Positions 25,601 to 37,600 of a stretch of DNA of 64,000 nt are shown piece by piece. The notes beneath the pieces were generated by a model, which worked only from the letters and a program-made list of their open reading frames with translations, ran no database searches and was not told the origin of the DNA. This DNA comes from Carcharhinus longimanus. Its lineage: Eukaryota. Made by a program: the position numbers and the translations under genes. The stretch's first letter is position 1. Each line of letters starts with the position of its first letter. Where the stretch lies: positions 63,321,372 through 63,385,371 of the forward strand of contig JASCQW010000027.1 of the NCBI GenBank assembly GCA_030264375.1, given 5' to 3'.

Positions 25601-28600
25601 AGATGGACATGGAAAGGTGGACACCATACCCTAATAATGGGGCCATGGGCAGGCATGGCAACTGCCACGGCACCTATGACTCCTCCAGAGGGATTTACCT
25701 CTGCGTCTACTGCCTTCACCCTTCATCATGCATGAAATTATTGCTCATCTCCCATGGCACCTCCTTGTTGAAAGGCCCTCATGCTCTCCTGCCTGAGGCG
25801 CATATGCCTCTCCCAGTTGCTGTCTGCCTTCCAAAACTGCAGGTCTTCTGAATGGGTCTACAGTCTCAGGAAATCTCTGGGTTATGTGACTTGCAAACCA
25901 TTGAAGATGGGCCCCAAATTTGTTCCCCATGAAAGAATATTTTCAAAAGTGGTAATGTTCCACCCCGCACTTTTTCTACTGAATCGCTTCATGATTTTCA
26001 ATTATATTATATCTCCCTTTAACCTTCTCTGCTTTAAGGAGATAAAATTCAGCTTCTCTACTTGTTTCACATAATTGAATTCCCACATCCCTGCTGCCAT
26101 TGTAGTAATTTCCATCTGCACCATCTCTGAGGCCTTAAATCTTGCCTGAAGTGTGATGCCCTGTACTCTAACTAGGGTCGAACTAGTGATTTCTGAAGTT
26201 TAGCCACAAGTCAATGTATGCTTATACAGGGAAATCATGGTAAAACAAATAAAAACAGAATAGTTTTGCTTCTATTCCAAATATACTAATGTAATTATAT
26301 ACTAATGTATACTAAGATATATAATATATATAATATATACTAATGTAATAACTAATGTAATTATAATAGTCACAAAAAGAAGATTCAAATCACAGACTTT
26401 TTTTATAATAACATTTGTAGGCAAACTTAAAAGTTCTCCACCTAGCCTTTCCAATGTTTTGAATGGACGTGATTCTTCAGCATTTTTGATTGACATAACA
26501 ATGCATGATTTTATAACCTTTGATCTTTCCACAGCTCAAATTAACAAATGACTGCTAGAAATACAACTTGGTATTCTCATATACCATGCTGGTATCAGGA
26601 ACCACAAAAAATACCTTACACTAAAAGAAACCAAAATATAACTACAGAAGTGTCTTTGCTATCCATCAGAATGGAAGGTTTCCCCTTGGTAGATATAGGA
26701 AATTAATAAATACTTGAGAGGTTCTAAACTTTATACAACACACTTGGCAAAGGAATTGTACAATTTGCAAAAAAAAACTTGCGTAGTTTTTAAGAAAATG
26801 CAATGCAGATAAAAGAAGTTGTTCACGTGATCGGGTCTTGAGGAAAGTTTCTTTCTGTGAAAATTCTGGCAGATAATTTGGTGGGTATTTAATGTGAGAT
26901 GGATAATGGGATTTTCAATGGAGCTTGATAAAATTGGACCTTTATATTTTTAATGTTCAACCATGCTACTCAGTTACAGCATTGTATAACTTGTGGAGTT
27001 GACTGAGATTTTTCCAAAACACAGCTGCTTTCCTTGTTTTGTCAATGGTCTGTTTATATTTTAGTGACAATACATTACTGTCATCTGAATCTTGAATCTT
27101 TATTTTTGCTGATTTATTGGTAGAATGCATGTGCTGTGGACTTACCCCCAGTTACACTGCTGAAAGCGAAGCGCTTTGGACTCTCCAAAAATAGTCATGT
27201 TGCCATGGAGTTTGATGATACCAAAGTCAAAACTAGGTAACAATTGAAATTTTACACAATATCAGCATTGTGTGATAGTCTATTCTATTTGACACCCAAG
27301 GCTGAATGATAAGTCAAGAGAACACCTTTCATTTTTGCACATTTTAAAAATATTTATCTTGGCATGAAACATACTAATGCATATTATTGCAGGTAATTTA
27401 CCAATTAAAACAGAGAGAACAAGAGGGTCATCTTCTATGGGAAGAATTAGATTATAGAATGTAATTCAGGAACACGTCACAATGACTTTTTCAACTTCTG
27501 ATTTTTGTTTATTATGCTTGGAAATTTGTTTTTAGAGTAAATAGGACTTGTTTCTGTACCAATTTGTTGGATAAATAAATAATAATGTTAGATAAAATAA
27601 GATGTCCTCTTGTTTAAATATTGCATTACTTTGTATATCTTGTTACGAATATAGCTTTACCATGTTGACATAAGTTGAATTGCCACAATTTGAAATATTT
27701 GACACATTCGATGTTGTAACTTTTTTTTACGAAACAACAAAAATTATGGCTGATATTCTCCCAAAAATTCCATGTCCCCAGTATGACTGAAAACGGGAGT
27801 AACTCCCACTAGTTTCTCTAACGAGATTTTCAGAATGATTCTCCAACACTGTGAGCATTGCAGAGTGCATCAGCGTGACACTCTGAAAATCAGGGGGCGT
27901 GCCCTATACCCACTGGAGAGGCCAGCAGCATAGTGCTGAGCAGGCCATTGCACATAAGCAGGTCTGTCAGCACCAAGATCGGTGCATGCACAGTGGCTCC
28001 TCATTGCCGGCCTTTCAATTGCTGGCCAGCCTGATCACCCCAACACCTCCACCTTGATAGCCCCAATCGCCACCTTCCATCCCTCTGCTCATGATCCCGA
28101 TTGTAGAGTGGCAGTGGGGCCTCCCCAGTAGGCTCCATACACTCTGGCCCTGCATCTTTGGCACAGCTTAATGCCTGGTGGGCAGTGCCAAGGTGCCCTT
28201 TGGGCTTTGCCAGTTTGTCCCTTGGGCAGTGCCTGCAGGGCCAGGCTGTCACTGCCCAGGGGCAACCCTGTTACTCTCCGACCTCCTGTTCTCTCCTGCG
28301 GAGTTGAGCCGCCTGTTCCCTTTTGTGGGGAGCGGTAGTAAACCTCACTGGAGTGAACCACTCCTCGCCAGGAGTGGGCTGGGAGACATGCAGAGGCCGT
28401 TGTGCCCAGCAGGAAGCCCCCAGAACAACCTCCCATTGATCTCTCCCATCTATTGTGCCACTAGATATTTTTGTCTTTGCATTGTAGGGCACTTGCAGAA
28501 AGGGAAAGCTAGCAGTGAGTATCTGCTCTATTAATAAAACTCAGTTGATTTTATTTTCATTGAATTTAACAGATAAATTCATTAGATTCTGATAGGGGTG

Positions 28601-31600
28601 TGCATAGGTATCTGATAGGGGATTCTGATAGGGCAATGCTCCTGGACAGTTTTTTTCCTTCCTGCACTGTGCCTAGGTGATGCTTAAGGTCCATAAATAT
28701 GAAATCAACCCCATTTTACATTGCAGTGGTAGCCTCTATTTATTTGTTATTAATTCAATTTTGATTTAAACCTTCTCACGGAGACATGCAGTTGAGGATT
28801 TGCTGTTTAATACATATATAAATGAAAATTTATTAAAGGTTGCATTGCAAATGTGTGATGAAACCAATCAAGAAAATTTAGTTCCTGAAAGGCGTTTAGT
28901 GCAATGTTCATGACAAACTATTGGATATTGATTAAAGCTTTTGGCTTGTTTACAGGCTAATAATTGAGTTTGAAATTCAAACCAAAGCAGAATCTGGTCT
29001 GGTATTTTATATGGCCAGAATTAACCATGCAGACTTTGCAACAATTCAGATAAAAGATGGAATGGCTCATTTCAGCTATGACCTTGGAAGTGGAAATGCA
29101 AGTACTGTTGTTCAAAAGAAGATAAATGATGGTGAATGGCATAAGGTAATAAATACAAAACAAATTCCATTAACAATTTAATTAAGTGGAGTTCTATTAC
29201 AACACGCATAAAGCATCAATGTCTTAAAAATATATTGTAGTTGCACATGCCAAGGAATGGCACCTAGGGATGATGCTGTGTACACAATGTTACACAACAT
29301 TTCATCACATGACAGAGCTAATTAAAGCAAATATTAGGAACCAACTTTTGGAATCAGCTATAAGAGGAAAAGTATTATGCAAGCGTAGGCAGCTTGCCTG
29401 ACTGATTAGACCCCCCTTTCACTCCACCGAAGCCCCCACCCCACCCCATAACATGTTTTCTTCCCAGAGATGTCAAATGACATATCAAGTCCCACTCTCA
29501 CTGGTCCAGTTTCTTTATAAGTGATTTTGGAACTTTTGGAACAGGTTAGGAGGTCTCTAAAAGACATTTAAGCCACTTGGTTCTGGAAAGGTAAAAGTGA
29601 CACAGCCTTTCCCTGCATCTGTTCTATAATTCCTGCTATTCTGCNNNNNNNNNNAGGTCTCTGAATTTTGAGATAAAATATTTCCATATCAGAGAACATG
29701 ATTAATGGTCATTGATATTGAATAAAAATAGAAATTGGTGGTCTTTCAGTACCAAAGAAGCAGTTTCAATCACATGATCGAAGGTCATTGATGTTCAATA
29801 TAAGATAAATAGTCATCTTCTGCAATTAGCTTGTGGTAACTGATCATGTTAGCTCTATTCTCAAATGGAAGCAGTGTCGACAGCAGGCAGTTAACTGCCT
29901 GATAAACATGCAGTCATGTTGGATCTTCTGACAGTTGCTTTGGTTTTCTGGCTGGCAGAGCGGGCCACCACAATCCAAAAGTCGCAGAGTTCCAGCATAA
30001 AAGACAAGGGCAAGAATAATATTTACACCACCACAAATTGGTGACGAGGCTGAGATGAGTGACTTCAGGAACTGATAACAAATGGGAAGATTAATCAACA
30101 ATTTTAAAGCTGCTTTATATCCAACAGTATAATTTGTGTTAAAATATTTAACATTGGACATGACCATAAAAATTAGTAAAACATGCAATAGCTTGTGAAA
30201 ATGAAGGAAAATTCCTGCAATTGTTATTCTGGTAATCAATAATGAGTAATTTACAGATTATGTCAGCAGGCTAAATACCTTAATAATTGGGCAATGTATT
30301 CCAGTGATTGACACCTCTTTGTAGTACTACAACTTTCAGAGAGCACATTTTAACAAGGTTCCATCTGCCTTTTCGGGTGGATAGATGTAACCCCTTCGCA
30401 CTATTTCAAAGTAGGAGTTCTCCTGGTTTCCAGACAATTTTTGCACCTCAACCAACACTGCCAAACCAGTTTCTCTAATCACTCATTGCTGTTTGTGATG
30501 TACACATGGGCTGCCACACTGGTCTGCAGAGGATCAATGACCACATGTCAAAAGAGTTTTGGGATGTCCTGAGAATGTGAATGGTACAACATGTCAATCT
30601 TTTTTTAAAATTTTTACTTGTTGATCAGGCTTGCTCATTTACAATTGTATTTAAGTGAAATAAAACCTACAGTAACAGTTTTAAGTTGATTGGTAGAAGG
30701 ATGAGAGAGGAAACGTGAGGAAAACATTTTTGCCCAGAGGGTGGTGGGCCTCGAGACTTCACTGCCTAAGTTGAGTGATTGAGGCTGGAAGGCTTGACTC
30801 CTTTAAAAGGTACCTGGATCTGCACTTGAAGTGCTGCAACCTGCAAGACGAAGGACTAAGAGCTGGAAAATTGAATTAAAATGAACGGCTAGTTTCTTTT
30901 TTTGGCTGTCACAAACATAGTAGGCTGAATGGCCTAATTCTACACTGTGTTTCATGTTTTAATAAATCTGTTTTTATTTTTTGTAGGTCAGAATTGTCCG
31001 AGAAAGGAAGAGAGTAACCGTTACAATTGGCCTCAATGTGGCAACGACAGTTAGTCCTAAAACTGCAGATATTCTGGATGTTGTGGGTATGATTTATATT
31101 GGAGGATTGCCAAAGAACTACACAACAAGAAGAATTGGCCGTGTAAGTTGTGACTATAAGTAACTATGTTACAAATCAGGCAAGGAGGACATAATGCCAA
31201 GTCACAATACCTCTCGTTGTCAGAAAATCAACTGCATCTTAAGTTAGATATAGTTACCTTCATACCCCAGTGTCTGAACTTAACTCCCATTGCAATCATT
31301 TATGCTGGGAACCTAACTATTAAAGAACTTGCAGCTCTTCAGTCAGTACAGCAATAGATTATTTTCATTTGTCTCACTCAAAACTGCTTTCGTTTTCCCC
31401 TCTTTGGGGGAAGTTGATTCAGACATTTTACATTCTCATTAATATAGGCCATGTCACTATAAAGGAATATTTTGATACTGGTGCTAATTTGGTCAAAGGG
31501 CAAGTTGGTACATACTGCATAATTTTGTTGGATCAGATCATTTAAATTTCCATCAGAGAAAGAGACTGACCAGCCCTTTTCTCGAACAGTCTAAACTATA

Positions 31601-34600
31601 CCCAGAACATTTCTGTCTCCTCTCTGCTTCAGGTATATGTCTAATCCTCTTAAAATCTATAATGATCTCCATCTTAGCTTCTTCATATGGCAAGGCATTC
31701 CAGTGCTTCAATCTTCAACCCTCTGTAAAGAAATTTCTCCCAACCCCTCTCCTTGCCCTCTTCATGACCGTTTTAAATTGATTTGCCTACCATCTACCAC
31801 CAACAGCAGAGAAAATTTCCCTTTGCTTTCAAATCAGTCAGTTCTTCAAGGAAATTCTAATAAGTTAGTCAAACATGCCACTACTGGTATCCTTATTGAT
31901 CTACACATTTATAAATGCAGTGGGACTGCATTTTATAGGAAGGGTAATGTGCTAAACCCCAGAATGAAAGTTGGCCAACATTCGACATGTCAGAAAGAAT
32001 CCATCCCGCACCAATAACACACTGGGAGGGGGCTAAGTCAGCTGAGAATGGGAGGAAGCCCCATCCTCCAAAGCTACTGGCCAATCTGATTGGGCTGGTA
32101 GTGTCAGACTTCAGTAATGAACCTCGCTGGGATTGCAGATAGAAACATGAAGGAAGAGGATGGCTGTTGCAGAAAGGTAGATTCCGGGCATTTACACTGG
32201 CCAGGGATCCAAGAGTCCAGGGGAGAGTGGGGGATGGGAGTGGTTCATAGGGCAGGCAGTGAATAAGGAAGTGGGGTGGGGCGGTGGTGAGGAGGACATC
32301 TTGGGAAGGGGAAGTGCATCTGATGCACTGAGGGCAGCTGCTAAATGTGATGCCTCCCTTCTGTCTTGTCATTTTTAAAAATCTAGGCCATTAAAAAATA
32401 GTCTGTGCATTCCTGTCCTACTGCTAACCGTATTATAGTGTGGGCAGCATATTATTCTAGTAAACAGGCTTGCCGACCAGCCTAATTGACCTTTAATTAT
32501 TCATTTAGATATGGCAGGTGGGCTGCTGACTTCTGGAGCCTTTGACTTACAGTAGCACAGTGGTTGGCACTGCTGCCTGTCAGCGCCAGTGACCCGGGAA
32601 AATTCGCAGCTTGTCTGTGCGGACTCTGCATGTTTTCCCAGTGTCTGTGTGGGTTTCCTCCGAGTGCTCAGGTTTCTTCTCACAGTCTGAAAGATGTGCT
32701 GGTTAGGTGCATTCGCCATGCTAAATACTCCCTCAGTGTACCCAAACAGGCGCCAGAGTGTGGCAACTCGGGGATTTTCACAGCAACTTCATTGCAGTGT
32801 TAATCTAAGCCTACTTGTGACACTAATAAATTAATTTTAACTTTAAACTCTAAAAAAAATTTTGGAATACGGTCGGGATTGACAAGAAGCACTGGACTAG
32901 CCAACTGACATACTTCACGTGCCCACCTGCTGAACAAGGTTTGCCCACAATGAACATTAGACTAACTGGTCCATACTTGCCATGTATCTCGAGCAAAAGT
33001 GTGGATTTGCCTACTTTTTAATCTCAAAGCATAATATTCATTCATAAGGAGAATTAAAAAGTTGCATCTAAATCTGTTTTATTTCCTTGCTTCATTTTAA
33101 AGCCTATGGACTTTTACTTTGCCCATATTTTTATGACACAGAGTTCACCCAGTTCCAACCCAACAGTATAATTATGATCTTATTTATGTCATAGGATACC
33201 AATTTCGACACCAAAAGAGATCTAGTGCTTGAAACAGGCAGGAGCTTTGCATGCATGGCATTGGCTCCTCCTAAAATAGCACTAGCTGCTTCATCAGAAT
33301 TAATGAGGCAGGGAGGCAATTGGCTTCATTTTGAGGACATTACAGCCCATGCAACACCAGGCCAAGGTGATCAAAATTGACCCCAGTTTGATGCAGTTAA
33401 ACTGAACTCAAACCTTTTCAATACTATTCCAGCCTGGTTTAAAAAATGAGTTAGCTATGAAGACTTTGAAAGTTAGCTGTCTCAACTTAGTGATTGCATT
33501 TATACTCGCATTAATCTGTTGTTCGCTCATGTTTTAAACACAGGTAGTCTACAGTATAGATGCTTGCATCCGTAACTTTAAGTTGAACAACAAAACTTTT
33601 GATCTGGATGAACCAACTTCTAGCCTTGACGTTGGAGTCTGTTTCCTTAACAGTCAAAGTGGAAATTATTTTGATGGAACAGGATTTGCTAAAGCAGGTA
33701 AAAAGTATTTGATTACTTTGGCAATGAAATTCTTTGCAGCTTCTTTATTATTATCAGCCAAATTTTAGTTAACCACCATCTTAAAACACAGTTCCTGCAA
33801 GAAAATAGCACCGTGCCACTTAAAATTACTGGATATACTTTGATATGGGTTTTGGCCCATACATAAGACAAACTCCAAAGTTTCTGGAGGCTTTCATTTC
33901 TAGACTTATGAATGAGTGTATTCAGTAAAATAAGTCTGTAATCAGGCAAATTATTTTTAAACAGTAAAACGTAAATATATTTTTGCCAGCTAAGCATTTT
34001 AGGTAGTTGAAAGCATTGGGAAAATAATTGATATAAACCTATGTAAATTTGTGAGATAACTCGTTTTTATTTAAAAGATGGATATAAAAGATTTTATTTG
34101 TAAGTGGGTAGATGAGAACTCAATGTGGTTGGGAATTGTGATTGAATAGAAAATGAGGCCTTACTCTAGATGATCAAACATTGCCAAAACTTTGCTGCTT
34201 AAAGCTCCTCAATTCCTCCAGACTTGTCATCCATCAGTAGGAGCCGGAAAACCTTCAACAACAAAAAGAACTAGCATTTTTATAGCACCTTTCATGGCCA
34301 CTGACATCCCAAGGCATTTTGTTAATTACAGAAATTTTGACGGGCAATCATTGTTCTAATAACGGAACAACAGCAACAGATTTGCATGCAGCAAGGTCCT
34401 ACAAATAACAACGAGCCAATGACCAAATAGTCTGTATTAATCATGATTGTTGAGGGATCAATATTGGCAAGAGCACCGACGTTTGTCAAAGGCTAATAAA
34501 CACATAGCTGAAATTAGCTCAGTGAAATACAGTCAGAAGGGAAGGCGGTGGTGTAGTGGTATTGTTGNNNNNNNNNNNNNNNNNNNNNNNNNNNNNNNNN

Positions 34601-37600
34601 NNNNNNNNNNNNNNNNNNNNNNNNNNNNNNNNNNNNNNNNNNNNNNNNNNNNNNNNNNNNNNNNNNNNNNNNNNNNNNNNNNNNNNNNNNNNNNNNNNNN
34701 NNNNNNNNNNNNNNNNNNNNNNNNNNNNNNNNNNNNNNNNNNNNNNNNNNNNNNNNNNNNNNNNNNNNNNNNNNNNNNNNNNNNNNNNNNNNNNNNNNNN
34801 NNNNNNNNNNNNNNNNNNNNNNNNNNNNNNNNCAACCTTCATGGATTTGTGAACCTGCACTCCCAGGTCCCTCTGTATTTCTATACTCCTAATCTGTCTA
34901 CCTTTTATCCCAGAGAAAACAAGAACTTTAAAAAGAAATTCGAACCTCCAGTTAATAGCTGAGCATTTAGACAGAAACATGGATAGGAAATGTTTAGAGG
35001 GATATGGGCCAAATGCAGGCAAATGGAGTTAGCTTAAGTGGGCTTTTTGGTTGGCATGACCAGTTTGGGTTGAAGGGCCTGCCTCCATGCTGTACATTCT
35101 ACGATTCTATGATTCAATATTCTCATTAGTTACTTTCCAATACTAACATACCTCTGAATTTCCTAACTATTCCTGACCTATATTTAAGCAAATGATTTAT
35201 TTGAGATATTTCAGGATATCTGAAAAGAACATGTAGCAAATAAAATTTTAATGAAGCAAAATGTCAATGTGAGAAGGGCTGAACTGGCTCCCCTCTATTC
35301 ATCCTCCTCAAAAAGTCAGAGTTGAGGTTTATCTTTCCTTTTCACGAGGATATGCACTTTTGCAAATCAGAATGTATTCACTGATTTTTAAGCTGTGAAC
35401 AATAAGCAGCTAATCAAACAAGGTTTTTACAAGCCAAAGAAAGAGCAAATTTATGAACTGTTAAACCTGAGAAACATAATAAAAATGTAATGTCAAGTGT
35501 GAAATTCTCATGTAGTCATTCGGAGACACTGACATATGTACACATGTGCATGCAGACAGCCATATCTTGGACTCCAATAAATAGGTGGCAAAATAATGTA
35601 TGGTTAAGTGTCCTTTGGTTGTCCTTGAGAAATAGATTTTGAATGCTCAGGCTGATTTAAGCTTAGCTGCTTTTGTGGATGTAGTCAGATGTAGAAGATG
35701 TTGCAATTATTACAAGATCTTGGTTTGCTGGGAAGTTCTGGTTTCTTGAACTGGCGACAGTCTTATTCCAAATGAGAGACAGAGAGGGTGGCCCTCAATT
35801 TTTTTCCTCTGCTTAAGAATTTCTAGATACCGTCTGCGTCACTTGCCAGCTCTCTGTAGTGATTAGCAGTTTTGCTTTGAAATACTTCACCCATTGTGTA
35901 CTTCCTTGAGGTTTTGGGTGTTCCTGTCTGTGGCATTCATTGTTTCAATATTCAGTACTTTGCATTTTTAATACATCTTGCTTAGACAATCTTGAGTTTC
36001 AGTGAATGTCTGGATTTTTGCAAATGTTTCTCTCTTCACAACCTTCAGGGTGATTTATTGGTTTCTCAACTTCACCTTTTAATGTGGTTTTGCATTTTTA
36101 AGCAATTTCCTCTTTCTATGTTCAAAATGCAACATGTATATAGCCTGTTGAAAGTTGAAAACTCAATGTCAAAACAAAAGGTCTATAGCCCTGTAACAAT
36201 CAACATTCACTCGAGTGCTTAAAATCCAATGTAGCTGAACATGTGTCCTTTAAACATGGCAAAATAAAAGATTACCATTGTTGTTTGCATCCTTACATAA
36301 AAACAGCAGTTCTTCCCAACTATTTTAATTTGACTCATGCTGGAGAGGCACATTGTGCTGGAGGGTACCACATCAATGAAGAAAGGATGAATTGGCCGTT
36401 TTTTCCCTCTTGGAAAGAGAATGCTGGGGGGGAGGGGTGACCTAATAGAATTCTTTAAAGTTACAAAAGGTTTTAATCTTGTAGACACAGAGAAAATGTT
36501 TCCATTTTTGGAGAAGAGCAAAACCAGAGGCCTTCAATAAGAAAACAAATAAACTTCTCTATCCATGCACATTAGAATGCGAAACTCACTACCACTTGAA
36601 ATAGTTAAGGAAAATAGTGTTGATACATTTTATGCTGGATAACCACATGTCGAAAAATGAAATACAAGATTGCTGTTAGAGTTAGACAAGGAAGGGTGGA
36701 AGGAGATTTGAGTGGAATACAAATACTGGACACACTCGGCTAAATGGATTGTTTCTTTGATTTGTTTTATTTTTGTCAAATGTATTGGGATACAGTGAAA
36801 AGTATTGTTTTGTGCACTATAAAGACAAAACATGCCGTTCATAGAGTATATTGGGGAGAAGGAATGGAGAGAGTGCAGAATATAGCGTTTATGTTACAGC
36901 AAAAGATCAGCTTAAATATAAGATAGGTCCATTCAAAAGTCTAATGGCAGCAGGGAAGAAGCTGTTCTTGAGTTGGTTGATATATGATCTCAGACTTTTG
37001 TATCTTTTTCCCGATGCAAGAAGGTAGNNNNNNNNNNNNNNNNNNNNNNNNNNNNNNNNNNNNNNNNNNNNNNNNNNNNNNNNNNNNNNNNNNNNNNNNN
37101 NNNNNNNNNNNNNNNNNNNNNNNNNNNNNNNNNNNNNNNNNNATTCACAATCCTTTGTAGTTTCTTGGTTAGGGCAGGAGCCGTAACAAGATGTAATAAA
37201 TCCAGAAAGGATGCTTTCTATGGTGCATCTGTAAAATTGGCTAGAGTCATAGCAGATATGCAGAATTCCCTTAGCTTTCTGAGAAAGTAGAGGCATTGCT
37301 GGGCTTTCTTAACTGTAGCATCAGTGTGCAGGGACCAGGACAGGTTGGTGATCTGGATGCCAAGAAACTTGAAGCTCTCGACCATTTTCACTTCGTCCCC
37401 ATTGGTGTAGACAGGGCACGTCCTCGCTACATATTCCATGTATGGATCAGTGTTGCCAGTATCTCTGTGCCAGGACCACATTATCAACTTGCGGACCCAA
37501 CAATTATTTTTTAAGATTAGTTGGCATAGTGGGTAGCGCCGTAATCATTGCCTTCCCATTTACATTGGAATTTTACCACGGTGGGGTATAGGTGTTGGGC

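Noticed and set aside
29844-30239. 131-aa hydrophobic minus-strand ORF
   Set aside because: Non-ATG start, no recognisable family, and composition is explained by AT-rich intron sequence.
33541-33553. Alternative acceptors downstream of the AG at 33543
   Set aside because: The AG 4 nt downstream would shift the frame; the upstream AG gives the expected exon length.
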